A stretch of DNA of 64,000 bases. Source: Phototrophicaceae bacterium. GTDB taxonomy: Bacteria; Chloroflexota; Anaerolineae; Aggregatilineales; Phototrophicaceae. Positions 17,958-28,010 of this stretch are shown here, in pieces. The stretch covers positions 794,050-858,049 of the forward strand of contig CBDBOC010000003.1 of assembly GCA_965208195.1 (NCBI GenBank), read 5' to 3'. A program made the translations under genes and the position numbers. Each line of letters opens with the position of its first letter. Position 1 is the first letter of the stretch. The notes under the pieces are model-generated. The model searched no databases, had not been told where the DNA came from, and was given only the letters and a program-made list of their open reading frames with translations.

Positions 17958-20063
17958 ATGGCTTTTGAGTTGGAAGCCCTGGTGGGGCATCTATATATCG
18001 TTGGCGGGCGCGTCATCAACGTCAACCCGCCCGGCGCCTTGGTGGAGGCGGCGCCGCCCGATGCCGCGCGCGGGCGTGAAGGCGACACATTCTTCATCCT
18101 CATCGTGCCTTCGGGCGCCATCGCGCCGACCACATTTTATGAGCAATTGGCGCAGCTGGCGGCCGAGCGTTATTTCAGCATGGGCGGCAGCGTCACCATC
18201 GCCCTGCGCACCATGTTCCAGCTGATCAACCGCAACCTGTACGAGCACAACCTGGAGCACAGCGATTCGCAGCAGCAGCAATTCGAGACCAGCCTCATCG
18301 CCGCCGTCTTGCACGAGGACGACATGTATGTGGCGCGGGTGGGCCCGGTGGTCTCGGTATTGCAGACGGCCGGCTTGACGCTGACCTTCCCCGAAGACTT
18401 GAGCCAGGACGAGCCGCTATTCAGCACGCCGCTGGGCTTGTTGCCGGAGCCGGAGATCGCAATGGTGCGCTACGGCGTCAATGCCGGCAGCCGCCTGCTG
18501 CTTTCGGACGCCAACCTGGCTGATATCCCCGGCGATCGCCTGACCAGCGTCATGCTGGAAAACGACATTGAGCAGGTCCTGGGCAATTTGCGGCGCACCA
18601 TCAAGATTCAAAGCCAGTTGATGCTGGTGGAGCTGGTGCCGCCGGAATACGAAGGCCCGCTGTTGGCGGCGCCGGGCGCGTCCTCGCACGAGGTAACGAT
18701 GCGGCTGGGCGAGGCGAGGCACCAGCTGGAGGCGGAAGCTTCGCAGTGGCAACTGCCGCGGCGCGGTGATTTCAATTCGCTGCTGCGCTGGGGTCTGGCG
18801 CGGCTGGCCGGGCGCATCGCCGGTGTCTTCTTCCTCTTGGGCGATCTGTTTCAGCGCTTTTTTCCGCTGCCGGGGACGGCGCCTTCCCGCCGCTTCTCGT
18901 CCGGCACTTTGATCCTGACCGTGCTGCTGATCCCGCTGATTATCGTCAGCATCGTCGTCTTGTCCTGGGTATCGAACCTGGGCGAGACCGAGTTTGAGCA
19001 GTGCCTGGGCGAATTGCAGAATACGGCCAACCTGGCGCGCTCAATCGACAGCAGCAATCGGCGCAGCGTCACCCAGGCTTGGAATGCCGCGCTGCAAGTG
19101 GCCGACTTCTGCGATGTGATGCGCCCGGACGACCCATTCGTGGCGTCGATGCGGCGGGAAGCGCAGTCGCTGATCGATACGCTCAACAACGTCAAACGGC
19201 GGGAAGCCGCGCCCTTGACCAATTTTGAGGGCGCCGAGATTACGCGCTTGCGCCTGCAGGGCACGGATATGTACGCCCTGGATGACCGCAATGGCCTGGT
19301 CTACCGCATCAAGCTGTCCGATGACGGCGCCGTGCCCTTGCGACAAGAGCCGGTTCCCTTGATGCGCCTGGGCGCAACCTACGATGGCTATACCATCGGC
19401 CGCATCGCGGATATCGCTTTTGACGATCAATCGGGCGATTTGGCCATGCTGGACGAGAATGGCACGCTGATGCGCTGCGCGCCGCAACTGATTCTGAATT
19501 GCGATGTGCAGCGCGTGCTGGACGCTGACAATTGGCAGAAGCCGATTGCGCTCCATATTTGGGCGCGCCGCCTCTACATTCTGGATAGCGAGGGCGGCCA
19601 GATCTGGCGCTACGACGCCTCGGGCAGCACCTATGTCAGCGCTCCGCGGGAATACTTCGCCGGCGCGGCCAAGCCCAATTTGCGCAACGTGGTCGACTTC
19701 ACCATCAACGCCGCCGGCGATGTCTTCGTGTTGTACCGCGATGGCGTGATGAAGCGCTATGTCGGCGGCAACGAGCAGTCCTTCGCCTTCAGCGGCTTCA
19801 ATGAAGGCAGCGAGCCGCACGTGGTCTTGACCGAAGGCTTCTACCTCAACGACAGCTTGATCGCGCCCGGCTTCTTTCTCGTCAGCCGGCGTTCGCGCAC
19901 CATTTTCGAGACGACGGCCGCCGGCACCTTCATGGACAGCGTGCAGGCGCATGACCCGGACAAGCTGGCGTTGATGTCGGCTGTGGTGGCGTATCCGGAG
20001 CAGAACTTGCTCTATGTGGCTTCGGGCAACACGATCTTCCGCATTGACATGAATATCGACTAG
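17958..20063 (+). CDS. membrane protein: N-terminal PP2C-like (apparently catalytically dead) domain, TM region, C-terminal beta-propeller-like domain
   Basis: 701 aa. The N-terminal pattern FFILIVPSG ... SLIAAVLHEDDMYVARVGPVV ... RLLLSDANL follows PP2C strand order but lacks the DG..G and GDSR acidic motifs. The TM segment is LILTVLLIPLIIVSIVVLSWV. The C-terminal part has repeated LYILDSEGGQIWRY / VFVLYRDGVMKRY / LYVASGNTIFRI blades. Confidence 0.65.
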   Translation: MAFELEALVGHLYIVGGRVINVNPPGALVEAAPPDAARGREGDTFFILIVPSGAIAPTTFYEQLAQLAAERYFSMGGSVTIALRTMFQLINRNLYEHNLEHSDSQQQQFETSLIAAVLHEDDMYVARVGPVVSVLQTAGLTLTFPEDLSQDEPLFSTPLGLLPEPEIAMVRYGVNAGSRLLLSDANLADIPGDRLTSVMLENDIEQVLGNLRRTIKIQSQLMLVELVPPEYEGPLLAAPGASSHEVTMRLGEARHQLEAEASQWQLPRRGDFNSLLRWGLARLAGRIAGVFFLLGDLFQRFFPLPGTAPSRRFSSGTLILTVLLIPLIIVSIVVLSWVSNLGETEFEQCLGELQNTANLARSIDSSNRRSVTQAWNAALQVADFCDVMRPDDPFVASMRREAQSLIDTLNNVKRREAAPLTNFEGAEITRLRLQGTDMYALDDRNGLVYRIKLSDDGAVPLRQEPVPLMRLGATYDGYTIGRIADIAFDDQSGDLAMLDENGTLMRCAPQLILNCDVQRVLDADNWQKPIALHIWARRLYILDSEGGQIWRYDASGSTYVSAPREYFAGAAKPNLRNVVDFTINAAGDVFVLYRDGVMKRYVGGNEQSFAFSGFNEGSEPHVVLTEGFYLNDSLIAPGFFLVSRRSRTIFETTAAGTFMDSVQAHDPDKLALMSAVVAYPEQNLLYVASGNTIFRIDMNID

Positions 20064-20100
20064 CGGCGGTCCGGCGCGGCGATAGAGCAATCAACACGCT

Positions 20101-20136
20101 GATTTCACCACAGAGACACAGAGTACACTGAGGGGG
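20101..20136 (+). repeat. CACMGAG-type short intergenic repeat copy
   Basis: Sequence is gatttcaccacagagacacagagtacactgaggggg. Confidence 0.6.
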
Positions 20137-20255
20137 TTGTAGGGGTGAGCCACCGGCTCGCCCGTACGCACATCTTGTTTGGCCGGCTCGCCCGTACACA
20201 CATATTGTTTGGCCGGCTCGCCCGTACGCACATCTTGCTTCGTCTGTACGCATGC
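20137..20255 (+). repeat. TGTAGGGG hairpin box followed by a 30-bp tandem repeat (3 copies plus a partial)
   Basis: The units at 20151-20180, 20181-20210 and 20211-20240 have the consensus GGCCGGCTCGCCCGTACRCACATMTTGYTT and are directly abutting. Confidence 0.8.
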
Positions 20256-20436
20256 CTTTCTGTCGCGGTCGTAATTCCTCAAGTTGCTGCATATTGCTTA
20301 ATTGAGACGCTGAACATTGGATGTTCTTAGAGGAAATGTGGCCGCCAACACGGCTAGATTTGTCGCTTGGCAGGGGAAGCCCATAGCCGTTATAGTAGCG
20401 GCGGACGAATTCTTGACGAAACCAGGTGGGCGACTT

Positions 20437-21093
20437 ATGAGCAAACATGTACTGATGGTGTATGGCGGTTGGGATGGGCACGACCCCAAAGAGACGACGC
20501 ACCTTTTCGCCGGCTTGCTGGAAGCGGCTGGCTTGCGCGTGACCTTGTCACAGACGCTCGACAGCTTCCTCGATGCCGAGCTGCTGGGCGCGGTCGATAT
20601 GGTGGTGCCGGTCTATACCATGAGCAGCATCACGCGGGAGCAAGAAGCGGGCTTGCTGGAGGCGGTGCGCGAGCGCGGCGTCAGTATCGGCGGCTGGCAT
20701 GGCGGCATGGCCGATGCTTTCCGCCAGAACACCGAATATCAATTCATGTGCGGCGGGCAGTGGGTGGCGCATCCGGGCAACATCATTGATTATCGCGTGA
20801 ATGTCACCAATCAGACGCATCCTATCACGGCGGGCATCAGCGACTTCGCCATGCACTCGGAGCAGTATTACATGCACACCGACCCGTCGAACAAGGTTTT
20901 GGCGACCACGACTTTCAATGGCGACCACGCGCCCTGGGTGGATGGCTGTGTGATGCCGGTGGTCTGGACGCGCAGGTACGGGGCGGGCAAGGTCTTCTAC
21001 AGCTCCCTGGGACACGTCATCGGCGACTTTGATGTGCCGGAAGCGCGGGAGATTGTGCGGCGCGGCTTGCTCTGGGCTGTCGAAAGCTTGTAG
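20437..21093 (+). CDS. ThuA-domain protein (trehalose-utilisation-like, class I glutamine amidotransferase-like fold)
   Basis: Start [15 protein letters not shown] is preceded by AGGTGGG. The motifs GGWHGG and VFYSSLGH are typical of the ThuA family. Confidence 0.8.
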   Translation: MSKHVLMVYGGWDGHDPKETTHLFAGLLEAAGLRVTLSQTLDSFLDAELLGAVDMVVPVYTMSSITREQEAGLLEAVRERGVSIGGWHGGMADAFRQNTEYQFMCGGQWVAHPGNIIDYRVNVTNQTHPITAGISDFAMHSEQYYMHTDPSNKVLATTTFNGDHAPWVDGCVMPVVWTRRYGAGKVFYSSLGHVIGDFDVPEAREIVRRGLLWAVESL

Positions 21094-21130
21094 CGTCGGT
21101 CGCGCGCAATTCTGGCTCTGGCGGAGATTC

Positions 21131-21260
21131 TGCACCTTTACCACCGAGGTCACAGAGCAAAAAGCGAGGACAACGAGAGGGCGAGCCAAGGCTCGGCCCT
21201 GTTTACGTTGCGAGCCAAATTCCAATGTGCGTACGGGCGAGCCGGCGGCTCGCCCCTACA
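21131..21260 (+). repeat. ~130-bp composite dispersed repeat (CACMGAG arm plus GGGCGAGCC hairpins)
   Basis: It aligns along its length with 50822-50950 (gcacctt-w-accaccgag...cgagagggcgagccaag...ttacgttgcgrgccaaa...gtgcgtrcg) and partially with 42686-42767. Confidence 0.7.
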
Positions 21261-21365
21261 TGGATCTGCGGTGGGGGAGGGAGACATACTATTTCGCCCC
21301 GACAGACTTCGGCGTCAGTTACGACCGTTGATATGGGGGGGATTTCGCGGCTCTGCCAGGGTGGT

Positions 21366-22154
21366 CTAGGCGTCGGCGGCGTAGGGCCGGGAGCGGCGGT
21401 CGGCGGGATGCAGGCCGCGGTGGCGGAGGATGATCTGCCAGACGCGCAGGGCGGCTTCCCCGGCGACGCGCAGCGACATCTTCGACGTGCCGTGTTGGCG
21501 ATCGGGAAAGTGGATCGGGATCTCGCCGATGCCATAACCCAGCCGGTGCGCCACGTACGCCAGTTCCACCATAAAGACGTAGCCGTTGGCTTTCACCTTG
21601 TCCAGGTCGAGGCCGATGAGACAGTCGCGGCGATAGACACGGTAGCCGCCGGTGGCGTCGCGGACGGGCAGGCGCAAAATCGTGGGCGTATAGACGCGGT
21701 TGGCCCACCAGCTCAAGAGCTTGCGCAGGGGGCCCCAGCTATCGTCGACGCTGCCGCCCGGGGCATAGCGCGAACCGATGACGATGTCGTAATCCGCCAC
21801 GCGCTCGAGCAGCTGCGAGATGTACTTGGGCTGATGCGAAAGATCGGCGTCCATCTGGATGACCAGGTCAGCGCCCAGCTCTAGCGCCTTCTTGAATCCC
21901 TGAATATAGGCGGGCCCGAGCCCGTCTTTGCTGGCGCGATGCAAGACGTGCAGTCGGCCGGCGTAGGCATCGGCGGCCGTCATTTCCGCGGCGATGCGGC
22001 CGGTGCCGTCCGGCGAGTTGTCGTCGACGACCAATACATGGAGTCGCGGTAGATCGAGGGCGAAGAGGGCGGGCACGATGCGAACGATGTTTTCCCGCTC
22101 GTTATAAGTCGGCAGGACGACGACGACATTGGGCGGCGTAGCGGTCATGCTCAC
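21366..22154 (-). CDS. polyprenol-phosphate mannose/glucose synthase (GT2, Dpm1/Ppm1-like)
   Basis: 262 aa with VVLPTYNERENI and VVDDNSPDGT motifs. The start is either GTG at 22154 or ATG at 22148. It lies 11 nt downstream of tkt. Confidence 0.85.
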   Translation of the reverse strand: MSMTATPPNVVVVLPTYNERENIVRIVPALFALDLPRLHVLVVDDNSPDGTGRIAAEMTAADAYAGRLHVLHRASKDGLGPAYIQGFKKALELGADLVIQMDADLSHQPKYISQLLERVADYDIVIGSRYAPGGSVDDSWGPLRKLLSWWANRVYTPTILRLPVRDATGGYRVYRRDCLIGLDLDKVKANGYVFMVELAYVAHRLGYGIGEIPIHFPDRQHGTSKMSLRVAGEAALRVWQIILRHRGLHPADRRSRPYAADA

Positions 22155-22165
22155 CTCGCGCTGGG

Positions 22166-24166
22166 TCAGGCGTCGAGCAGCGCGTTGACCGCGTCGGCCA
22201 CGTGGCCGGGCGTCAGGCCGTAAGCCTGGTAGATCTCCATATAAGGCGCGCTGGCGCCGAAGCGGTCGACGCCGATGGCGATGCCGGCGTCGCCAATGTA
22301 GCGCCCCCAGCCGAGCGTGGCGCCGGCTTCAATGCTGACGCGGCGCGTGATGGCGGCCGGCAGCACGCTTTCTCGATAATCCGCGTCTTGCGCTTCGAAT
22401 AGCTCCCAGCAGGGCATGGAGACGACGCGCACGCGGATATCGGCTTCTTCCAGCAGGCCGGCGGCAGCCAACGCGATCGAGACTTCGCTGCCGCTGGCCA
22501 GGATGATAGCGTCGATATCGCCGGATTCGTGCTCGGATAGCACGTAAGCGCCGCGAGCAACGCCTTCGTGGATGCCCTGGTCGTTGCCGGCCAGCACGGG
22601 CAAATCTTGCCGGCTGAGCACGATGGCGGCGGGATGATCCAGCGCGGCGATGGCGGCCCAGGCGCCGGCGGTCTCGGTGGCGTCGGCGGGGCGGAAGACG
22701 TGCAGATTGGGTATCAGCCGCAGCGACATCAGATGCTCGACCGGCTGATGCGTCGGTCCGTCTTCGCCCAGGCCGATGCTGTCGTGGGTGAAGACGTAGA
22801 CGGTGGGGATATCCATCAGCGCGCCCAGGCGGATGGCCGGGCGCATGTAATCGCTGAAGGTGAAGAAGGTGGCGCTATAAGGCTTGACGATGCCGCCGTG
22901 CAGCGCCAGGCCGTTGACGATGGCGCCCATGCCGTGTTCGCGGACGCCGAAGCGCAGGTTGCGCGCGGTCGCGTGGCCGGGCCCGGTGTTCTCCGCGCCT
23001 TTGATCAGCGTCTTGGTGCTGCCGGCCAGGTCGGCATCGCCGCCGATCATGGTGGGGGCGAAGCGGGCCAGGGCGTTGAGCGCGTCGCCGCCGGCATTGC
23101 GCGTGGCGATGGATGCGTCGGCGCCCCAGCTGGGTAATGCATCGCGCCAGCCGGGCGCGAATTCGCCGGCCTGCGCTCGATCCCACTCGGCTGCGAGCTC
23201 GGGGTAAGCGGCGCGCCAGGCTTGAAAGCGGGCTTCCCAGTCGGCTTGGGCGGCCGCGCCCTTGTCGATGGCGCCCCGGAAATGCTCCAGGGCCTCGCCG
23301 GGAACGTGGAAGCGCTCGTCCGTCCCCCAGCCCAGATTCTGCTTGGCCAGGGCGACTTCAGCTTCGCCCAGGGGGCTGCCGTGGGCGGCGCTGGTCCCTT
23401 GTTTATTAGGGCTGCCGTGGCCGATGATGGTGCGCACGGCGATGAAGCTGGGTTGATCGGCCTCGGCTTTGGCAGCGGCGATGGCGGCGCTGATGGCGGC
23501 TGTGTCCGTGCCGTCGGCGACGCGGCTGACATGCCAGCCCATGGCGTGGAAGCGCAGGGCGACATCTTCGCTGAAGGTCATGTCAGCGGCGCCATCCAGG
23601 GTCACCTGATTGTCGTCATAAAGGAAGATGAGCTTGCCCAGGCCCCAGTGCCCGGCCAGCGCGGCCGCTTCGAGGCAGACGCCTTCCATCAAGTCGCCAT
23701 CGCTGACGAGGACGAACGTGTGGTGGTCGACGATTTTGTGGCCGTCGCGGTTGAAGTACTCCGACAGGTAGGCTTCGGCCAGGGCCATGCCGACGGCGGT
23801 GGCGGCGCCTTGCCCCAGGGGGCCGGTGGTGGTTTCGACGCCGGGCGTGTCGCCGTATTCCGGGTGGCCCGCCGTATTGCTGCCCCATTGGCGAAAGTTC
23901 TTGATATCGTCCAGCGAGACATCGTAGCCGGTCAAATGCAGCAGGGAGTAGAGCAGCATGGAGCCGTGCCCGGCGCTGAGCACGAAGCGGTCGCGGTCGG
24001 CCCAGGCAGGGTTGCGTGGATTGAAGCGCATGTGCTGCAGCCAGAGGGTATACGCCAGCGGGGCGGCGCCCATAGGCAGGCCGGGGTGGCCGCTGTTGGC
24101 CTTTTGCACCGCGTCCATCGAGAGCGTGCGGATGGTATTGATGGCGAGCGTCTTTAGATCGGGCAC
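22166..24166 (-). CDS. tkt: transketolase
   Basis: Motifs [23 protein letters not shown] and the TPP motif SDGDLMEGV, with full-length similarity. The GTG start at 24166 is preceded by AGGAG; I rejected the longer TTG-initiated extension to 24307. Confidence 0.95.
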   Translation of the reverse strand: MPDLKTLAINTIRTLSMDAVQKANSGHPGLPMGAAPLAYTLWLQHMRFNPRNPAWADRDRFVLSAGHGSMLLYSLLHLTGYDVSLDDIKNFRQWGSNTAGHPEYGDTPGVETTTGPLGQGAATAVGMALAEAYLSEYFNRDGHKIVDHHTFVLVSDGDLMEGVCLEAAALAGHWGLGKLIFLYDDNQVTLDGAADMTFSEDVALRFHAMGWHVSRVADGTDTAAISAAIAAAKAEADQPSFIAVRTIIGHGSPNKQGTSAAHGSPLGEAEVALAKQNLGWGTDERFHVPGEALEHFRGAIDKGAAAQADWEARFQAWRAAYPELAAEWDRAQAGEFAPGWRDALPSWGADASIATRNAGGDALNALARFAPTMIGGDADLAGSTKTLIKGAENTGPGHATARNLRFGVREHGMGAIVNGLALHGGIVKPYSATFFTFSDYMRPAIRLGALMDIPTVYVFTHDSIGLGEDGPTHQPVEHLMSLRLIPNLHVFRPADATETAGAWAAIAALDHPAAIVLSRQDLPVLAGNDQGIHEGVARGAYVLSEHESGDIDAIILASGSEVSIALAAAGLLEEADIRVRVVSMPCWELFEAQDADYRESVLPAAITRRVSIEAGATLGWGRYIGDAGIAIGVDRFGASAPYMEIYQAYGLTPGHVADAVNALLDA

Positions 24167-24319
24167 GGGGCACTCCTGTCTGTTGCCAGGCACAGTAACC
24201 GCTGCATTATAGCAGCCTGCGGGCGGCGACAAAGGGCAACTGCAAAAATACGGATACGCCGTATCCGCATTAGTTGCGCAACGCTCTTGAGATGTCGATC
24301 GCAGCAATCGTCGTGGAGA

Positions 24320-24661
24320 TTACTCCGGCCGCGGCTCCACACGGAAGCGCACGGCGGTACGCTCCTGGCCGTCTATATCCACCTCGGTGAAATAAGGTGT
24401 GGTGACGATGTCGATCTCGTCACGCTCCAGGTAACCTCGGGCGATGGCCAGCGCTTTGACAGCCTGGTTGACCGCGCCCGCGCCGATGGCTTGCACCTCG
24501 GCCATGTTGTGCTGCCGCATGACACCGGCGATGGCGCCTGCAACAGCTGTTGACCGCGAGCGCGCCGACACCTTAATCACGTCCGGTCCGTCATCGACGT
24601 AGGCGCCGATCTCCTCCACGTGGGAATCCCCTAGCGGCGCCCTGCTATCATATTCGGACAT
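24320..24661 (-). CDS. spoVS: SpoVS-family protein
   Basis: 113 aa. The core VIKVSARSRSTAVAGAIAGVMRQHNMAEVQAIGAGAVNQAVKALAIARGY...ERTAVRFRVEPR closely follows B. subtilis SpoVS as I remember it. Confidence 0.85.
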   Translation of the reverse strand: MSEYDSRAPLGDSHVEEIGAYVDDGPDVIKVSARSRSTAVAGAIAGVMRQHNMAEVQAIGAGAVNQAVKALAIARGYLERDEIDIVTTPYFTEVDIDGQERTAVRFRVEPRPE

Positions 24662-25065
24662 TTGTCCCCCCTCATGCAGTACCGGGTATTTCGACCTGCC
24701 TCAGGTATGTTAACAGAATTCTACAACTTTTTTTGCCGTAAGTCTACGAATCATACATTTACGTAGAGAATCTGCCAACGACACCTGTACAAATGTGACC
24801 ATCTTTTGCCAGACTCGTCGTTAGATTAAGTTATACGTCGGCGTCAGCGGGCTGGCAGCGATGCAGCCGAGGGCGACTCTCCGGGGCGCGCAGACGCAGC
24901 CCGTAAGTTGGCGCGACGACTTGAGCCTGCGGGAGTTGACATTTGGCCACAGTGCCCGGCTAATGGACACGCCCTACATTCAACGCCTCCAAATGCGTTA
25001 GAATCGTCATTGATGCGGCAGCGCCCGGTTGCCGCGCTCGATCGCCAACAGAACGTGGACATGGT

Positions 25066-27957
25066 ATGCAGCTGACCACACCGCAGGCGCTTCTTCTGCT
25101 GATTGTCGTCTTGCCAGTCATTTGGTATGCCGGCTTTCCGCGCCATGCCTTCCGCCGCCGCCGCGATATCAGCAGCGTGATTCTGCGCAGCATCATTGTG
25201 GTGCTGCTGGTGTTGGCGCTGGCCGGCTTGCAGCGGGTGCAGGCGGTCAACCGGCTGGCGGTCGTCTTCCTAATGGACGCTTCTGACAGTATGGGCGGCA
25301 GCGCCGAAGACGCGCAACTGGAATTCATCCGCCGGGCGATTGCGACCAAGGGCGCCGACGATGTCTGGGCGGCGGTGCTCTTTGGCGAAAACGCCGTGCC
25401 CGAAACGGACTTCAGCCCGGTCGGCGAGATTGAAGTGTTCTCCGCCATTCCGACGACCAGCGGCACGGATATCGCCAACGGCATCCAAACCGCGCTTTCG
25501 ATGTTCCCGCCGGATGTGGCGCGGCGCATCGTCATCATGAGCGACGGGGCCGCCACCGCCGGCGATGCCATCAAGCGGGCGCAGCGGGCCGCGGTTTCCG
25601 GCGTGGAGATCAGTTATGTGCCCCTGGCGCGCGCGGCGACGCCCGATGTTCGCATCACCTCGTTGGACGCGCCCGGGCGCGTCGCCGAGGACCAGAGTTT
25701 CGATATTTCGGTCGGGATTCAGGCGGAGAGCGCCACGCCGGCCACGCTGCTGGTCTTTTCCGGCGGGCGCTTGATCCACGAAGAGGCGCTGGACTTGCAG
25801 GCGGGCGAGACGCGCTACAGTTTGACGCAGACGGGCGAGCGCAGCGGCTTCCTCGATTTTACAGCGCAGATCGTCGTGCCGGGCGAGCACGACAATTTCA
25901 ACCAAAATAACCGGCTGGGCGCCTTCAGCCAGGTGGTGGGCCCGGCGCGGGTGCTGCTGATTCGGGTTGATGAAGCGGAAACGGAGGCGCTGCTGCCGGC
26001 GCTGGAGCAGGCGGGCATCCGCGTTGATGTGGCGGCGCCGGACGGGCTGCCGGTGAGCATGGCGGGCCTGGCCGATTACAAGAGCGTCATCCTGGCCAAT
26101 GTGCCGGCGGCGGCCTTGAGCGGGGCGCAGATGGTCTTGCTCGATCGCTACGTCAGCGACATCGGTGGCGGCCTGGTCATGATCGGCGGGCCGGAGAGTT
26201 ACGCGCCGGGCGGCTACTATCAGACGCCGCTGGAGCGGACCTTGCCGGTGGAAATGCAGATCAAGGATCAGAAGCGGCTGCCGCAACTGACTATTGCCTA
26301 CTTGATTGACCGCTCGGGCAGTATGGGGCAGATCGGGCGCAGTGGCGTGCCCAACCTGGAGCTGGCCAAGCGCGCCATTGTGCTGTCGCTGGGGCTGCTG
26401 CAGCCCTCGGACCGCGTGGCCATCGGCACCTTTGATACCGGCGGCGCCTGGGTCGTGCCCTTTCAGCCTGTCAACGACGCGCAAGCGCTGATCGCCATGA
26501 CCAACACCATCCGCTCCGGCGGCGGCACCGATATATTGGCCGGCTTGCGCTTGGTGGAACGGGACATCATCGAAGAGCCGTCGCAGCTGAAGCATCTAAT
26601 TCTGCTGACCGACGGCGGCGCCAGCCCGACCGGCTTGGTCGAGTTGACCGAGCGCCTGCACGAAGTTTTCAACGTGACCTTGTCTGCAATCGCCATCGGC
26701 CGCAGCCCCGGCGCTGTGCTGGAACCCATGGCGGCAGCCGGGCAGGGCAACTATTACCGCGTGGAAAATGTCGAGCAGATTCCGCTGATATTCGCCCAGG
26801 AGACGGTGCTGGCCTCGCGCTCCTACATCGTCGAAGAGAGCTTCACGCCGCAGGTTACAGGCAGCAGCGCCATCATCGACGGCATCAGCGCGCTGCCGCC
26901 CTTGCGCGGTTATGTGGCGACAACGCCCAAGGTGGCGGCGCAGCGCATCCTCAGCGGGCCGGAACCTTACAGCGATCCTATTCTGGCGGCCTGGCAATAT
27001 GGCCTGGGGCGCGCCGTGGCCTGGACCTCGGATGCCAGCGCGCGCTGGGCCAATCAATGGGCGGGCACGGACGATTTCTCGCGCTTCTGGGGCCAGGCCG
27101 TGGCCTGGAGCATCAACGCCGGCGTCAACAAGAACCTGGAGACGCGCGTGCTGCTGGAGAACGACCGGGCGCGTATTGTGGTCGACGCCCGCGATGACGC
27201 CGGGCAATTTCTCGATGGCTTGCAGCTCAACAGCGCCGTCTTGAACCCGGCCGGCGGCGGCACGCGGCTGCCCATGCAGCAGACGGCGCCCGGGCGCTAC
27301 GAAGCCAGCTTCGCCCCGCATGATGAAGGCGCTTACTTTCTCACTGTGAGCGGCGAGGCGGAGCTCAGCACAGGCGTGACGCCGCTGACTGACCTCAACG
27401 GCTGGGTGCGCTCGTATTCGCCGGAGTATATCCCGCGCCCGCGTGACGAGGGCTTGCTTGCCGAACTTGCAGAGATCACCGGCGGGGCCGATCTGACGGG
27501 GCAGCCGGAGGCGGTCTTCGCGCACGACCTGGGCGAGCAACAAGCGGCCAGCGATATTTGGGGCAGCCTGGTCTTGCTGGCGCTGTTGCTGCTGCCGCTG
27601 GATATCGCGGTGCGGCGGCTGATCATCACGCGGGGAGACCTGGCGCGCTTGCGGGCCTGGTTCAGCCGTGGCGATGGCGACCAAGCGCGCACGCAGCAGA
27701 TGCGCGCCCTCTTCAGCGCCCGCGGTCGCAGCCGCGCCACGACGCGTTATGACGATGGTTTCAGTTTCCGGCCGCGACGGCCGCCTGCCGGTCCTGCTGC
27801 GCCCAGTGCTGGGCCCGTTGTGGCGGGCCCGCCGAAGATAACCAAGGGCCGCGATGCGCTGGAGCCGGAGTTCAAGCTGCTCGATGAAGAAGTGGTGAAT
27901 CTGGGCGATCAGCTCTTGAAGCGGCGCCGGCGCCGGCGCGACGATGCGGGAGAGTAG
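25066..27957 (+). CDS. large membrane-anchored double-vWA domain protein
   Basis: 963 aa with N-terminal TM segments. It has two MIDAS-type DxSxS motifs (FLMDASDSMGG and YLIDRSGSMGQ), a C-terminal TM and a basic tail. Confidence 0.8.
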   Translation: MQLTTPQALLLLIVVLPVIWYAGFPRHAFRRRRDISSVILRSIIVVLLVLALAGLQRVQAVNRLAVVFLMDASDSMGGSAEDAQLEFIRRAIATKGADDVWAAVLFGENAVPETDFSPVGEIEVFSAIPTTSGTDIANGIQTALSMFPPDVARRIVIMSDGAATAGDAIKRAQRAAVSGVEISYVPLARAATPDVRITSLDAPGRVAEDQSFDISVGIQAESATPATLLVFSGGRLIHEEALDLQAGETRYSLTQTGERSGFLDFTAQIVVPGEHDNFNQNNRLGAFSQVVGPARVLLIRVDEAETEALLPALEQAGIRVDVAAPDGLPVSMAGLADYKSVILANVPAAALSGAQMVLLDRYVSDIGGGLVMIGGPESYAPGGYYQTPLERTLPVEMQIKDQKRLPQLTIAYLIDRSGSMGQIGRSGVPNLELAKRAIVLSLGLLQPSDRVAIGTFDTGGAWVVPFQPVNDAQALIAMTNTIRSGGGTDILAGLRLVERDIIEEPSQLKHLILLTDGGASPTGLVELTERLHEVFNVTLSAIAIGRSPGAVLEPMAAAGQGNYYRVENVEQIPLIFAQETVLASRSYIVEESFTPQVTGSSAIIDGISALPPLRGYVATTPKVAAQRILSGPEPYSDPILAAWQYGLGRAVAWTSDASARWANQWAGTDDFSRFWGQAVAWSINAGVNKNLETRVLLENDRARIVVDARDDAGQFLDGLQLNSAVLNPAGGGTRLPMQQTAPGRYEASFAPHDEGAYFLTVSGEAELSTGVTPLTDLNGWVRSYSPEYIPRPRDEGLLAELAEITGGADLTGQPEAVFAHDLGEQQAASDIWGSLVLLALLLLPLDIAVRRLIITRGDLARLRAWFSRGDGDQARTQQMRALFSARGRSRATTRYDDGFSFRPRRPPAGPAAPSAGPVVAGPPKITKGRDALEPEFKLLDEEVVNLGDQLLKRRRRRRDDAGE

Positions 27958-28010
27958 GCCCGCGCCTTGGCGTCGACAGTGAGTTATACTCACAGAGTGT
28001 CGTATGCGAT

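Noticed and set aside
20151-20255. Possible CRISPR array
   Set aside because: The 30-bp units abut directly with no spacers. They derive from the dispersed hairpin repeat. No cas genes are in the window.
24167-24307. TTG-initiated 47-codon extension of transketolase
   Set aside because: The extension is Cys/Pro-rich and unlike a transketolase N-terminus. The GTG at 24166 has an AGGAG 6 nt upstream and gives a canonical-length protein.
24662-25065. AT-rich 400-bp region between spoVS and the vWA gene as an ncRNA or mobile remnant
   Set aside because: It is a divergent promoter region. It contains plausible -35/-10-like hexamers (TTGACA at about 24938 and TAGAAT at about 25001) but no repeat or structure that I could support.
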